DNA of 64,000 bases from Flavobacteriaceae bacterium (GTDB lineage Bacteria > Bacteroidota > Bacteroidia > Flavobacteriales > Flavobacteriaceae): contig JAUXPJ010000018.1 of NCBI GenBank assembly GCA_030683815.1, positions 55,410 through 119,409 on the forward strand, read 5' to 3'. The translations under genes were made by a program, and so were the position numbers. Each line of letters begins with the position of its first letter. The first letter of the stretch is position 1. This document shows positions 9,583 through 17,138 of the stretch, one piece after another. A model generated the notes under the pieces. The model saw only the letters and a list, made by a program, of their open reading frames with translations, made no database searches and was not told the DNA's origin.

Positions 9583-11112
9583 TCAATTATTTTTGGTTTT
9601 GGCAACCTCAATAAACTTCAAAATACGTTTAATTGTTTCTTCTCTTCCTATAAATTCAATGATATCAAAAAGATGTGGACCTTTTAAAGATCCTACTAAA
9701 CTCAACCGTAAAGGTTGCATTACTTTTCCAAAACTGATTTCTTCTGAAGTAATCCAATCTTTTATGTTAGTTTCAATTTCGATGGATGTAAAATTAGTGA
9801 CGGATTTTACGATTTCAATCGCCGAATTTAAGATAGATTCGGTACCCTCTTTCCATTGTTTTTGTGACGTTTTTTCATCGTAAACTGTTGGACTAACGAA
9901 AAAGAAATCGCTTAATTCCCAAAAGTCAGCAGCAAAAGTGGCGCGTTCTTTTATGAAAGAAATAACTTTTGTGATGCGCTCTAACGGCTCATTAATATTT
10001 TTTTCAACTAAAATAGGCTGAAATAATTCGGCTAAACTTTCATTTGATTGACGAATTAAATACTGATGCTGAAACCATTTTGTTTTTTCAGGATCAAATT
10101 TGGAACCTGATTTTCCTACTTTTTCCAGGTCAAATAAATTGATTAATTCATCTAAAGATAAAATTTCTTGTTCCGTTCCAGGATTCCAACCCAATAAAGC
10201 CAACATATTGATAAAGCCCTCTGGTAAATAACCTTCTTCTTTGTAACCTTTTACCGTTTCACCGGTTGATTCATTTACAAATGCCAATGGAAAAACCGGA
10301 ATGCCTAATTGTTCGCCATCGCGTTTGCTCAATTTTCCTTTTCCAATCGGTTTTAAAATCAGTGGTAAATGAGCAAAAAGAGGAGGGGTCCAATCAAAAG
10401 CGCGGTATAAAAGTATGTGTAAAGCCATAGATGGCAACCATTCTTCACCTCGAATAACATGTGAAATTTCCATTAAATGATCATCTACAATATTAGCTAG
10501 ATGATAAGTTGGCATTCCGTCGCTTTTGAATAAAACTTTGTCATCCAAGGTATTTGTATCAATTTTTATTTCACCTCTAATAATATCATTTAAAATTAAA
10601 ATTTCATTTTCCGGTGTTTTAAAACGGATTACAAAAGGAGCTCCAGTTTTTAGTTTTTCAGTAACTTCATTTGCCGAAAGTCGTAAAGAAGTATTTAACT
10701 CTTTCCTATTATGCTGATTGTAAATAAAGGTTTTTCCTTCTTTTTCATAAGATTCGCGCAGTTGATTTAATTCTTCATTAGTATCAAAAGCATAATATCC
10801 CCAACCATTTTCAATTAATTCATTTGCATATTTTTTATAAATGGAAGCTCTTTCACTTTGTCTATAAGGACCAAACTTTTCATTTTTACCGACCCCTTCA
10901 TCAAAAGGAATTCCACACCAATTTAAACTATCAACAATATATTGCTCAGCCGTAGGGACAAAACGAGTTCTGTCAGTATCTTCTATTCTAAGGATAAAAG
11001 TACCTTGATGTTTTTTAGCAAATAAATAATTAAAAAGCGCTGTTCTCACTCCGCCAATATGCAAAGGTCCGGTTGGACTGGGAGCGAAGCGAACTCGTAC
11101 ATTAGATTCCAT
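9583..11112 (-). CDS. gltX: Glutamate--tRNA ligase
   Basis: Class I signatures PLHIGGVRTA (HIGH) and KLSKR (KMSKS). Start placed at ATG 11112 (MESNVRVRFAPSPTG). Confidence 0.95.
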   Translation of the reverse strand: MESNVRVRFAPSPTGPLHIGGVRTALFNYLFAKKHQGTFILRIEDTDRTRFVPTAEQYIVDSLNWCGIPFDEGVGKNEKFGPYRQSERASIYKKYANELIENGWGYYAFDTNEELNQLRESYEKEGKTFIYNQHNRKELNTSLRLSANEVTEKLKTGAPFVIRFKTPENEILILNDIIRGEIKIDTNTLDDKVLFKSDGMPTYHLANIVDDHLMEISHVIRGEEWLPSMALHILLYRAFDWTPPLFAHLPLILKPIGKGKLSKRDGEQLGIPVFPLAFVNESTGETVKGYKEEGYLPEGFINMLALLGWNPGTEQEILSLDELINLFDLEKVGKSGSKFDPEKTKWFQHQYLIRQSNESLAELFQPILVEKNINEPLERITKVISFIKERATFAADFWELSDFFFVSPTVYDEKTSQKQWKEGTESILNSAIEIVKSVTNFTSIEIETNIKDWITSEEISFGKVMQPLRLSLVGSLKGPHLFDIIEFIGREETIKRILKFIEVAKTKNN

Positions 11113-11238
11113 AAATAGGCGTTTAAAAAGCAAAGATATAACTATCTTCATTTCCTTACAATCTATTTAACGAATCTATTTTTTACTGAATAACTCAATT
11201 CAAAAGAGTTTGCTTAATTTTGCACCAAAATATCAACT

Positions 11239-11655
11239 ATGATCGATTTTAATTTTGAAACGGATTTTGTTTTAGAAACTCCAAAAACGTATCAATTTTG
11301 GATAGAAAATATCATTATTGATTATGGTTTTAGGGTAGGTGATATTTCTTATATTTTTTGTGATGATGAATATTTGCTGCAAATAAATCAACAATATCTG
11401 AATCATGATGATTTAACTGATATCATCAGTTTTGATTATTCGGAAAATAAAGTCATCAGTGGTGATATATTTATTTCAATAGAAAGAGTAAAAGAAAATG
11501 CAAATCAATTTAAAGTAGATTTTCATCAGGAATTACTGCGGGTAATGTGTCATGGAATCTTGCATTTTTTGGGATTTAGAGATAAAAATGAAGAAGATAA
11601 AAAAGAAATGCGTAAAAATGAAGAAATTTGCATTAAAAAATATGTAAATAACTAA
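11239..11655 (+). CDS. ybeY: rRNA maturation endoribonuclease YbeY
   Basis: 138 aa with zinc motif HGILHFLGF. Confidence 0.9.
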   Translation: MIDFNFETDFVLETPKTYQFWIENIIIDYGFRVGDISYIFCDDEYLLQINQQYLNHDDLTDIISFDYSENKVISGDIFISIERVKENANQFKVDFHQELLRVMCHGILHFLGFRDKNEEDKKEMRKNEEICIKKYVNN

Positions 11656-11683
11656 GAATCAATAAGTAAACAATATTTAAACT

Positions 11684-11699
11684 TGTTCCACGTGGAACA
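11684..11699. promoter_or_regulatory. parS-like ParB binding site (TGTTCCACGTGGAACA)
   Basis: Perfect 16-bp palindrome, one nucleotide from the classical parS TGTTCCACGTGAAACA; lies just upstream of mnmG. Confidence 0.7.
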
Positions 11700-11714
11700 A
11701 AAACAGCTGAGAAA

Positions 11715-13586
11715 ATGAATAAAATGGAGTATGATGTAATTGTGATTGGAGCAGGGCACGCCGGTTGTGAAGCCGCTGCCGCCGCCGCCAATTTGGGTGC
11801 TAAAATCTTATTGATTACCATGAATTTACAAACAATTGCTCAAATGAGTTGCAATCCGGCAGTTGGCGGTATTGCTAAAGGGCAAATTGTTCGTGAAATT
11901 GATGCGTTAGGCGGATATATGGGTATCATTACTGATAAAACAGCTATCCAATTTAAGATGTTAAATCAGTCAAAAGGACCTGCCATGTGGAGTCCGAGAG
12001 TTCAAAGTGATCGTATGCGATTTGCTGAAGAGTGGAGATTGGTATTAGAATCACTTCCTAATTTAGATATGTATCAGGAAATGGTTGTGAGTTTGATTGT
12101 TGAAGACAATAAGATAAAAGGTGTTAGAACCCAGTTGGGAGTTGAGTATTTTGCTAAATCAGTTATCTTAACTAACGGCACTTTTTTAAATGGATTAATT
12201 CATATTGGCGATAAATCATTTGGAGGTGGAAGAGTTGGTGAAGCTTCATCAAAAGGAATTACTGAGGATTTAATAAAATTAGGATTTGAATCAGGGCGCA
12301 TGAAAACAGGAACTCCGCCGCGGGTTGATGGCCGTTCCTTGGATTATTCTAAAATGACCGAACAACCTGGAGATGTGAATCCTCAAAAATTTTCTTTTAC
12401 AGATCAAACAAAATCTTTAACGGAGCAACGTTCTTGTTATATGACTTATACTTCGCAAGAAGTGCATGATTTATTGCGACTTGGTTTTAGTCGTTCACCC
12501 ATGTTTACCGGAACCATAAAAGGAGTGGGTCCCAGATATTGCCCATCCATAGAAGATAAAATTGATCGATTTGCTGCCAAAGAAAGACATTTATTATTTG
12601 TAGAACCCGAAGGTTGGAATACGGTTGAAGTTTATGTAAATGGTTTTTCAACATCATTGCCATATGAAATCCAAGAGAAAGCTTTGAGACTAGTTCCCGG
12701 ATTTGAAAATGTAAAGTTTTTTAGATTTGGCTACGCAATAGAATATGATTATTTCCCACCAACGCAACTTACATCAACTTTAGAAACAAAATTGGTGGAG
12801 AATTTATATTTTGCCGGTCAAATAAATGGAACTACCGGTTATGAAGAAGCGGCTGCACAGGGAATGATGGCTGGAATTAATGCAGCGCTGAAAGTACAAA
12901 ATAAAGAGCCCTTTGTATTAAAAAGAGATGAAGCGTATATCGGTGTTTTAATAGATGATTTAATTACCAAAGGAACCGAAGAACCGTACAGAATGTTTAC
13001 TTCCAGAGCTGAATATAGAACATTGTTGCGACAAGATAATGCAGATTTAAGATTGACACCCAAATCAAATGCTATAGGTTTAGCATCCGATGATAGGCTA
13101 GAAAGAGTAGTAGAAAAATATTTGAAAGTTGAAAAATTCATCGAATTTTTTAAAGAAACAAGCATTACGCCAGAAATTGCCAATCCTATTTTAATCGATA
13201 AAAATTCTTCGCCCATCACACAATCGATGAAAATGTTTAAAGTAGCAACACGTCCGCAATTAAATTTTGAAGACATTAAAACTTTTCCAGGTGTTTTAGA
13301 TTTCATCAAAGATCATGAAATTGATCAAGAAATGATTGATCAGGTTGATATTTATTTCAAATATTCTGGGTATATTGATAAAGAAAGAAACAATGCCGAT
13401 AAGTTAAACAGATTAGAAAATATTAAAATTCCCAGAAATTTTGATTACAATAAAGTAAAAAATATTTCGATAGAAGCACGCCAAAAATTGATAAAAATAC
13501 AACCGGAAACCATTTCGCAAGCCAGTAGAATAAGCGGAGTGTCGCCAAGCGATATTTCAGTTTTACTGGTTTATATGGGTAGATAA
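11715..13586 (+). CDS. mnmG: tRNA uridine 5-carboxymethylaminomethyl modification enzyme MnmG (GidA)
   Basis: 623 aa, FAD motif DVIVIGAGHAGCEAA, full-length GidA-like sequence. Confidence 0.97.
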   Translation: MNKMEYDVIVIGAGHAGCEAAAAAANLGAKILLITMNLQTIAQMSCNPAVGGIAKGQIVREIDALGGYMGIITDKTAIQFKMLNQSKGPAMWSPRVQSDRMRFAEEWRLVLESLPNLDMYQEMVVSLIVEDNKIKGVRTQLGVEYFAKSVILTNGTFLNGLIHIGDKSFGGGRVGEASSKGITEDLIKLGFESGRMKTGTPPRVDGRSLDYSKMTEQPGDVNPQKFSFTDQTKSLTEQRSCYMTYTSQEVHDLLRLGFSRSPMFTGTIKGVGPRYCPSIEDKIDRFAAKERHLLFVEPEGWNTVEVYVNGFSTSLPYEIQEKALRLVPGFENVKFFRFGYAIEYDYFPPTQLTSTLETKLVENLYFAGQINGTTGYEEAAAQGMMAGINAALKVQNKEPFVLKRDEAYIGVLIDDLITKGTEEPYRMFTSRAEYRTLLRQDNADLRLTPKSNAIGLASDDRLERVVEKYLKVEKFIEFFKETSITPEIANPILIDKNSSPITQSMKMFKVATRPQLNFEDIKTFPGVLDFIKDHEIDQEMIDQVDIYFKYSGYIDKERNNADKLNRLENIKIPRNFDYNKVKNISIEARQKLIKIQPETISQASRISGVSPSDISVLLVYMGR

Positions 13587-13593
13587 TTTTAAA

Positions 13594-13609
13594 AGTTCCA
13601 CGTGGAACT
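13594..13609. promoter_or_regulatory. Second parS-like palindrome (AGTTCCACGTGGAACT), possibly doubling as the mnmG terminator
   Basis: Same 14-bp core GTTCCACGTGGAAC as 11685-11698, flanked by AAAA and TTTTT, 9 nt after the mnmG stop. Confidence 0.65.
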
Positions 13610-13634
13610 TTTTCTCTTTAAAAAATAAATTAGG

Positions 13635-14558
13635 ATGACTGATATTGATAAAGAACTATTACAGCACTATATTTCATTAAAAGATTATTCTCTAACGCAA
13701 GAGAATTTTGAGTTATATCATAACAGAGAATTAGATATGTTGGTAACAATTCCTAAACCCACCAATGAGGAGTTAGGTCGTTTTTATGAAAATTCTGAAT
13801 ATTTACCACATACTGATTCTCATAAATCACTCTTTGATAAATTGTATCAATTTGTTAAAAAGAATGCAATAGCCCATAAAGTCAATTTATTAAATTCTCT
13901 TAAACCCAAATCAAAAACGGTTCTTGATATCGGAACCGGAACAGGTGATTTTCTATTGGCTTGTAAAATAAATGGATGGAAAACAACCGGAATTGAACCC
14001 AATAAAAATGCTCGTTTTTTAACCCAAGAAAAGTTTCAGCAGCTTTCAAGTAAAGATTCATCAAATCAGTTTTACGATAGTTTAAAAAGTTTACAAGAAT
14101 CATATTTTGAAAATCCTGTTCAATTTGATGTTATTACCATGTGGCATGTTTTAGAACACGTGCCTGATGTTGAAAATTATATCAAGCAAATTAAATCTTT
14201 ATTAAACCCGAATGGAACCATCATAGTTGCTGTTCCAAATTTTAAAAGCTATGATGCTTTTTACTATGGAAAGTTTTGGGCCGCTTTTGATGTGCCCCGA
14301 CATCTTTCTCATTTTTCTAAAAAATCTATAGCTGTACTTTTTGGAAATGAAAATATGGAGGTGATAAAAATATTTCCTATGAAAATGGATTCGTTTTATG
14401 TTTCGCTTTTAAGTGAAAAATATAAAACAGGAAAAATGAATTATTTCAAAGGATTTTTAATCGGATTACAATCTAATATCAAAGCTTTAATTTCTAACGA
14501 ATATTCATCCCATATTTACATCATCAAAAACAAAAAAATCGATTTAAATCGATTTTAA
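13635..14558 (+). CDS. Class I SAM-dependent methyltransferase
   Basis: 307 aa; motif I VLDIGTGTGDF, later ITMWHVLEHV and NPNGTIIVAVPN. Confidence 0.75.
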   Translation: MTDIDKELLQHYISLKDYSLTQENFELYHNRELDMLVTIPKPTNEELGRFYENSEYLPHTDSHKSLFDKLYQFVKKNAIAHKVNLLNSLKPKSKTVLDIGTGTGDFLLACKINGWKTTGIEPNKNARFLTQEKFQQLSSKDSSNQFYDSLKSLQESYFENPVQFDVITMWHVLEHVPDVENYIKQIKSLLNPNGTIIVAVPNFKSYDAFYYGKFWAAFDVPRHLSHFSKKSIAVLFGNENMEVIKIFPMKMDSFYVSLLSEKYKTGKMNYFKGFLIGLQSNIKALISNEYSSHIYIIKNKKIDLNRF

Positions 14559-14770
14559 GCTCATTTTATGGGATTAAAAGCCGTGAACACTTAAATATTT
14601 AAATAAATCGTTTAAATCGATTCTTTTCAGGTTAAAAATCAATAGTAAATATTGATTATTTCTACAATATCACATAATAAATATTTATAATTCATATTTT
14701 CTATAAAAAAATGAAATCAGCACCAATTTTTAATATATTCGCACAATAATAATTAAACACTAATTTTAAG

Positions 14771-15283
14771 ATGAAAAAAATTCTATTACTACTTACGGTA
14801 ATTTTTTCTTTAGCTTCATGTACACAAAAAATTGCTTATGTTGATGTTGAAGCGTTAATGAAAGGTTATGATGAAACTAAAACGATGGAAATTGATTTAA
14901 AAGCAAAACAAGATAAATTAAAATTTAGTTTAGATAGTTTAGCGTTAGGATTTCAGCAAAGAGTGCAAGATTATCAGAAAAGAAAGGGCAGTATGTCGCC
15001 ACAAAGTCTCCAGCAATTAGAGCAAAAATTGACACAAGAACAACAACAAATTCAAGGTCAACAACAGCAAGCTTCACAAATGTTGCAGCAACTTTCACAA
15101 GAAAGTTTTGAAGCATTATCCAAAAAAATTGATAGTTTTGTTGCAGATTACGCTAAAGATAAAGGTTACAAAATAATTATAGGAACTAACGGAAAAGGAA
15201 CTGTTATGTATGGCGATGAGAAATTGAATGTAACTGAACAAGTTTTAGAAAAACTTAACGCGGCATTTAAAACCAAAAAATAA
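14771..15283 (+). CDS. OmpH/Skp family periplasmic chaperone (lipoprotein form)
   Basis: 170 aa; lipobox LASC, long Gln/Glu-rich coiled coil typical of OmpH/Skp. Confidence 0.8.
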   Translation: MKKILLLLTVIFSLASCTQKIAYVDVEALMKGYDETKTMEIDLKAKQDKLKFSLDSLALGFQQRVQDYQKRKGSMSPQSLQQLEQKLTQEQQQIQGQQQQASQMLQQLSQESFEALSKKIDSFVADYAKDKGYKIIIGTNGKGTVMYGDEKLNVTEQVLEKLNAAFKTKK

Positions 15284-15300
15284 GATAAATTGTCATAAAA

Positions 15301-15333
15301 AAGAGGCTGTCTAAAAAGGCAGCTTCTTTTTTT
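15301..15333 (+). terminator. Intrinsic terminator of the ompH-like gene
   Basis: AAGAGGCTGTC-TAAAAA-GGCAGCTTCTT imperfect hairpin followed by a T-run. Confidence 0.7.
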
Positions 15334-15512
15334 ACAATCCGATTTTTCATTTCATTGGCGGCTTTATTGGTAAAAGTGATGGCTAAAATATGCTGAAACT
15401 GGTTAGGATTATGGTTGCGCAACACAATTTTAAGGTATTCTTTAACCGATGAAAAGGTTTTGCCGCTTCCGGCGGAGGCGTTATAAACTTGAAATGTAGA
15501 GGCGTTTTTCAT
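15334..15512 (-). pseudogene. 5' remnant (about 60 codons) of a UvrD/AddA-type helicase-nuclease gene
   Basis: MKNASTFQVYNASAGSGKTF...ILAITFTNKAANEMKNRIV carries Walker A and motif Ia of superfamily-1 helicases. Similarity ends at the ompH terminator and the rest of the roughly 1000-aa gene is missing. Confidence 0.7.
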
Positions 15513-15594
15513 TGCAGCTATTTTCCACTTTTCGTCCAATCTTTATTTCGGCAAAAAGCATCAAAAAAGGATTTCCAATGCAATCGGGACTAGG

Positions 15595-15858
15595 TTATCC
15601 GAGTTCTAAATAATCATTTATTATTTCGTTAACTTCTAAATCATCTTCTTTCATAACAATTCTTGAAGTCAATTTATTAATCCAATTTTCAATTTCAGAA
15701 TTTGAATCAAAATCTTTTAGAAAACTTAAAAGCGGATTTTCTGCATTAAATTCATCAAAGAAAAATAATAATTCTGTTCTAAAACTATCAGCATAATTTT
15801 CTTCTGTTTTATTTAAACTGTTTACTAAACAGGATATTTTTTCATCAAAACTCAACAT
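15595..15858 (-). CDS. Small, very acidic hypothetical protein (87 aa); last gene of the vsr-like operon
   Basis: 20 Asp/Glu against 7 Lys/Arg. Its ATG overlaps the stop of the upstream gene (7-nt overlap). No recognisable domain. Confidence 0.5.
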   Translation of the reverse strand: MLSFDEKISCLVNSLNKTEENYADSFRTELLFFFDEFNAENPLLSFLKDFDSNSEIENWINKLTSRIVMKEDDLEVNEIINDYLELG

Positions 15859-16625
15859 ATATCTCTTGTTAAATGATATTCTTTAGTTCTTTTTGATTTT
15901 ATTATTCTTTCTTCAAATTTCAAATTATTGATTGGATTTTCAATAGTTAAAAATGTAGGTAAATCATTCATATTCAAAACCAAAGTAATTATGTAATCAT
16001 TTTTATATTCGGAAGCCATTTTAAATTCTTTTTCTGTCAATCTAAATCTTCCTTTCTTTTCTCTAATCCCCTTTACTTCTGCTAAATAAGAGCTTTCATT
16101 TACATTAATTTGAAAATCATAACCATCACCATATAATCTTGCGTCTTCTAAAATTCCATTTTCAAATGCAGTAATAGAATTGTAATTATTTATAAAATAT
16201 AATTCAGCTTCTAACCCTGTTTCTTGAAGTTTTTTAAATCTTGATTTTACAATTGGTTGAACCTCTACAAAAATTTCTTTAATCTTATAAGTTTCTTTCA
16301 AATATAATTTTACAATATCAGAATATCTTTTTACATTTTCATTTCCAAATAAACTGTCAATTAAATATTTTCTATGAATGTAAGCATCTCCTTTTTGCCA
16401 CCAACCTTTTCTTCCATTATTTGGAAAAAAAGGATCAAATAAATCCATTCTATTTTTAACAACACTTCCTGTTTCTACTATTCCAATTTCAACAAAGTAG
16501 TTAAAAAATTTCGTTTTTGTTGTAAAACCGAATTCCTTTATAAAAGTATTGTCAAATTTAGATAATCCATAACCCAACAAATTTAGAATTTCATAATTTT
16601 CGTGTTTGTTGCTTTTCTTTTCCAT
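15852..16625 (-). CDS. Putative PD-(D/E)XK nuclease with C-terminal DUF3883-like domain
   Basis: 257 aa. The C-terminal half has the pattern GLEAELYF...GDGYDFQI...YLAEVKG...FRLTEKEFKMA...YIITLV, matching the remembered DUF3883/restriction-endonuclease-like core (G..E, GYD, EVK, nE). The N-terminal half is unrecognised. Confidence 0.5.
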   Translation of the reverse strand: MEKKSNKHENYEILNLLGYGLSKFDNTFIKEFGFTTKTKFFNYFVEIGIVETGSVVKNRMDLFDPFFPNNGRKGWWQKGDAYIHRKYLIDSLFGNENVKRYSDIVKLYLKETYKIKEIFVEVQPIVKSRFKKLQETGLEAELYFINNYNSITAFENGILEDARLYGDGYDFQINVNESSYLAEVKGIREKKGRFRLTEKEFKMASEYKNDYIITLVLNMNDLPTFLTIENPINNLKFEERIIKSKRTKEYHLTRDIC

Positions 16626-16628
16626 AAA

Positions 16629-17120
16629 TTAAGTAACAAGTTTATAGAGATTGTCAGCTTGTTTTCCTTTTATTTCTTCAAGCGATATTTTTTCTTTTAA
16701 ATTCATTTTTGCGTTATTAATTACGTTTTCAATTTGCAGTACGCAATTTAGTAAATCTTTTTTGATGTCGTTTCCCCAAAACCTTAAAGTTATCCACCCA
16801 TTTTCTGACAATTTCCGGTTAACTTCTTTATCCCGATTTATGTTTCTTTCGATTTTGTTATACCAGAATTCTTGATTGCTTTTGAGATTGCTTTTACGGT
16901 TTTCCCAATCTTTTCCATGCCAAAATTCCCCATCAACAAATATAGCAAACTTTAGTTTTTTAAAAGTCAAATCTGGTTTTCCGAAAACAGTTTTGTCATT
17001 TTTTCTGTAGCGATGACCACGGGCAAAAAGCATTTTGGCTAAAGCAGTTTCAATTTTTGAACCTGTTGCTTTAATGGCTTGCATATTTTTTCTGCGTTGT
17101 TCTTTAGATAATTTGTCCAC
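16629..17120 (-). CDS. vsr: Very-short-patch-repair (Vsr)-like endonuclease, cysteine-poor variant
   Basis: 163 aa; N-terminal SKEQRRKNMQAIKATGSKIE, then FGKPDLTF and FVDGEFWHG as in the Vsr family; only one Cys in the protein. Confidence 0.8.
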   Translation of the reverse strand: MDKLSKEQRRKNMQAIKATGSKIETALAKMLFARGHRYRKNDKTVFGKPDLTFKKLKFAIFVDGEFWHGKDWENRKSNLKSNQEFWYNKIERNINRDKEVNRKLSENGWITLRFWGNDIKKDLLNCVLQIENVINNAKMNLKEKISLEEIKGKQADNLYKLVT

Positions 17121-17138
17121 AAAACAAAGTTAATTCAT

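Noticed and set aside
12839-13309. 156-aa ORF antisense inside mnmG
   Set aside because: It lies entirely within, and opposite to, a full-length and well-recognised mnmG. Its translation is low-complexity and has no start context. This is a typical shadow ORF of an AT-rich genome.
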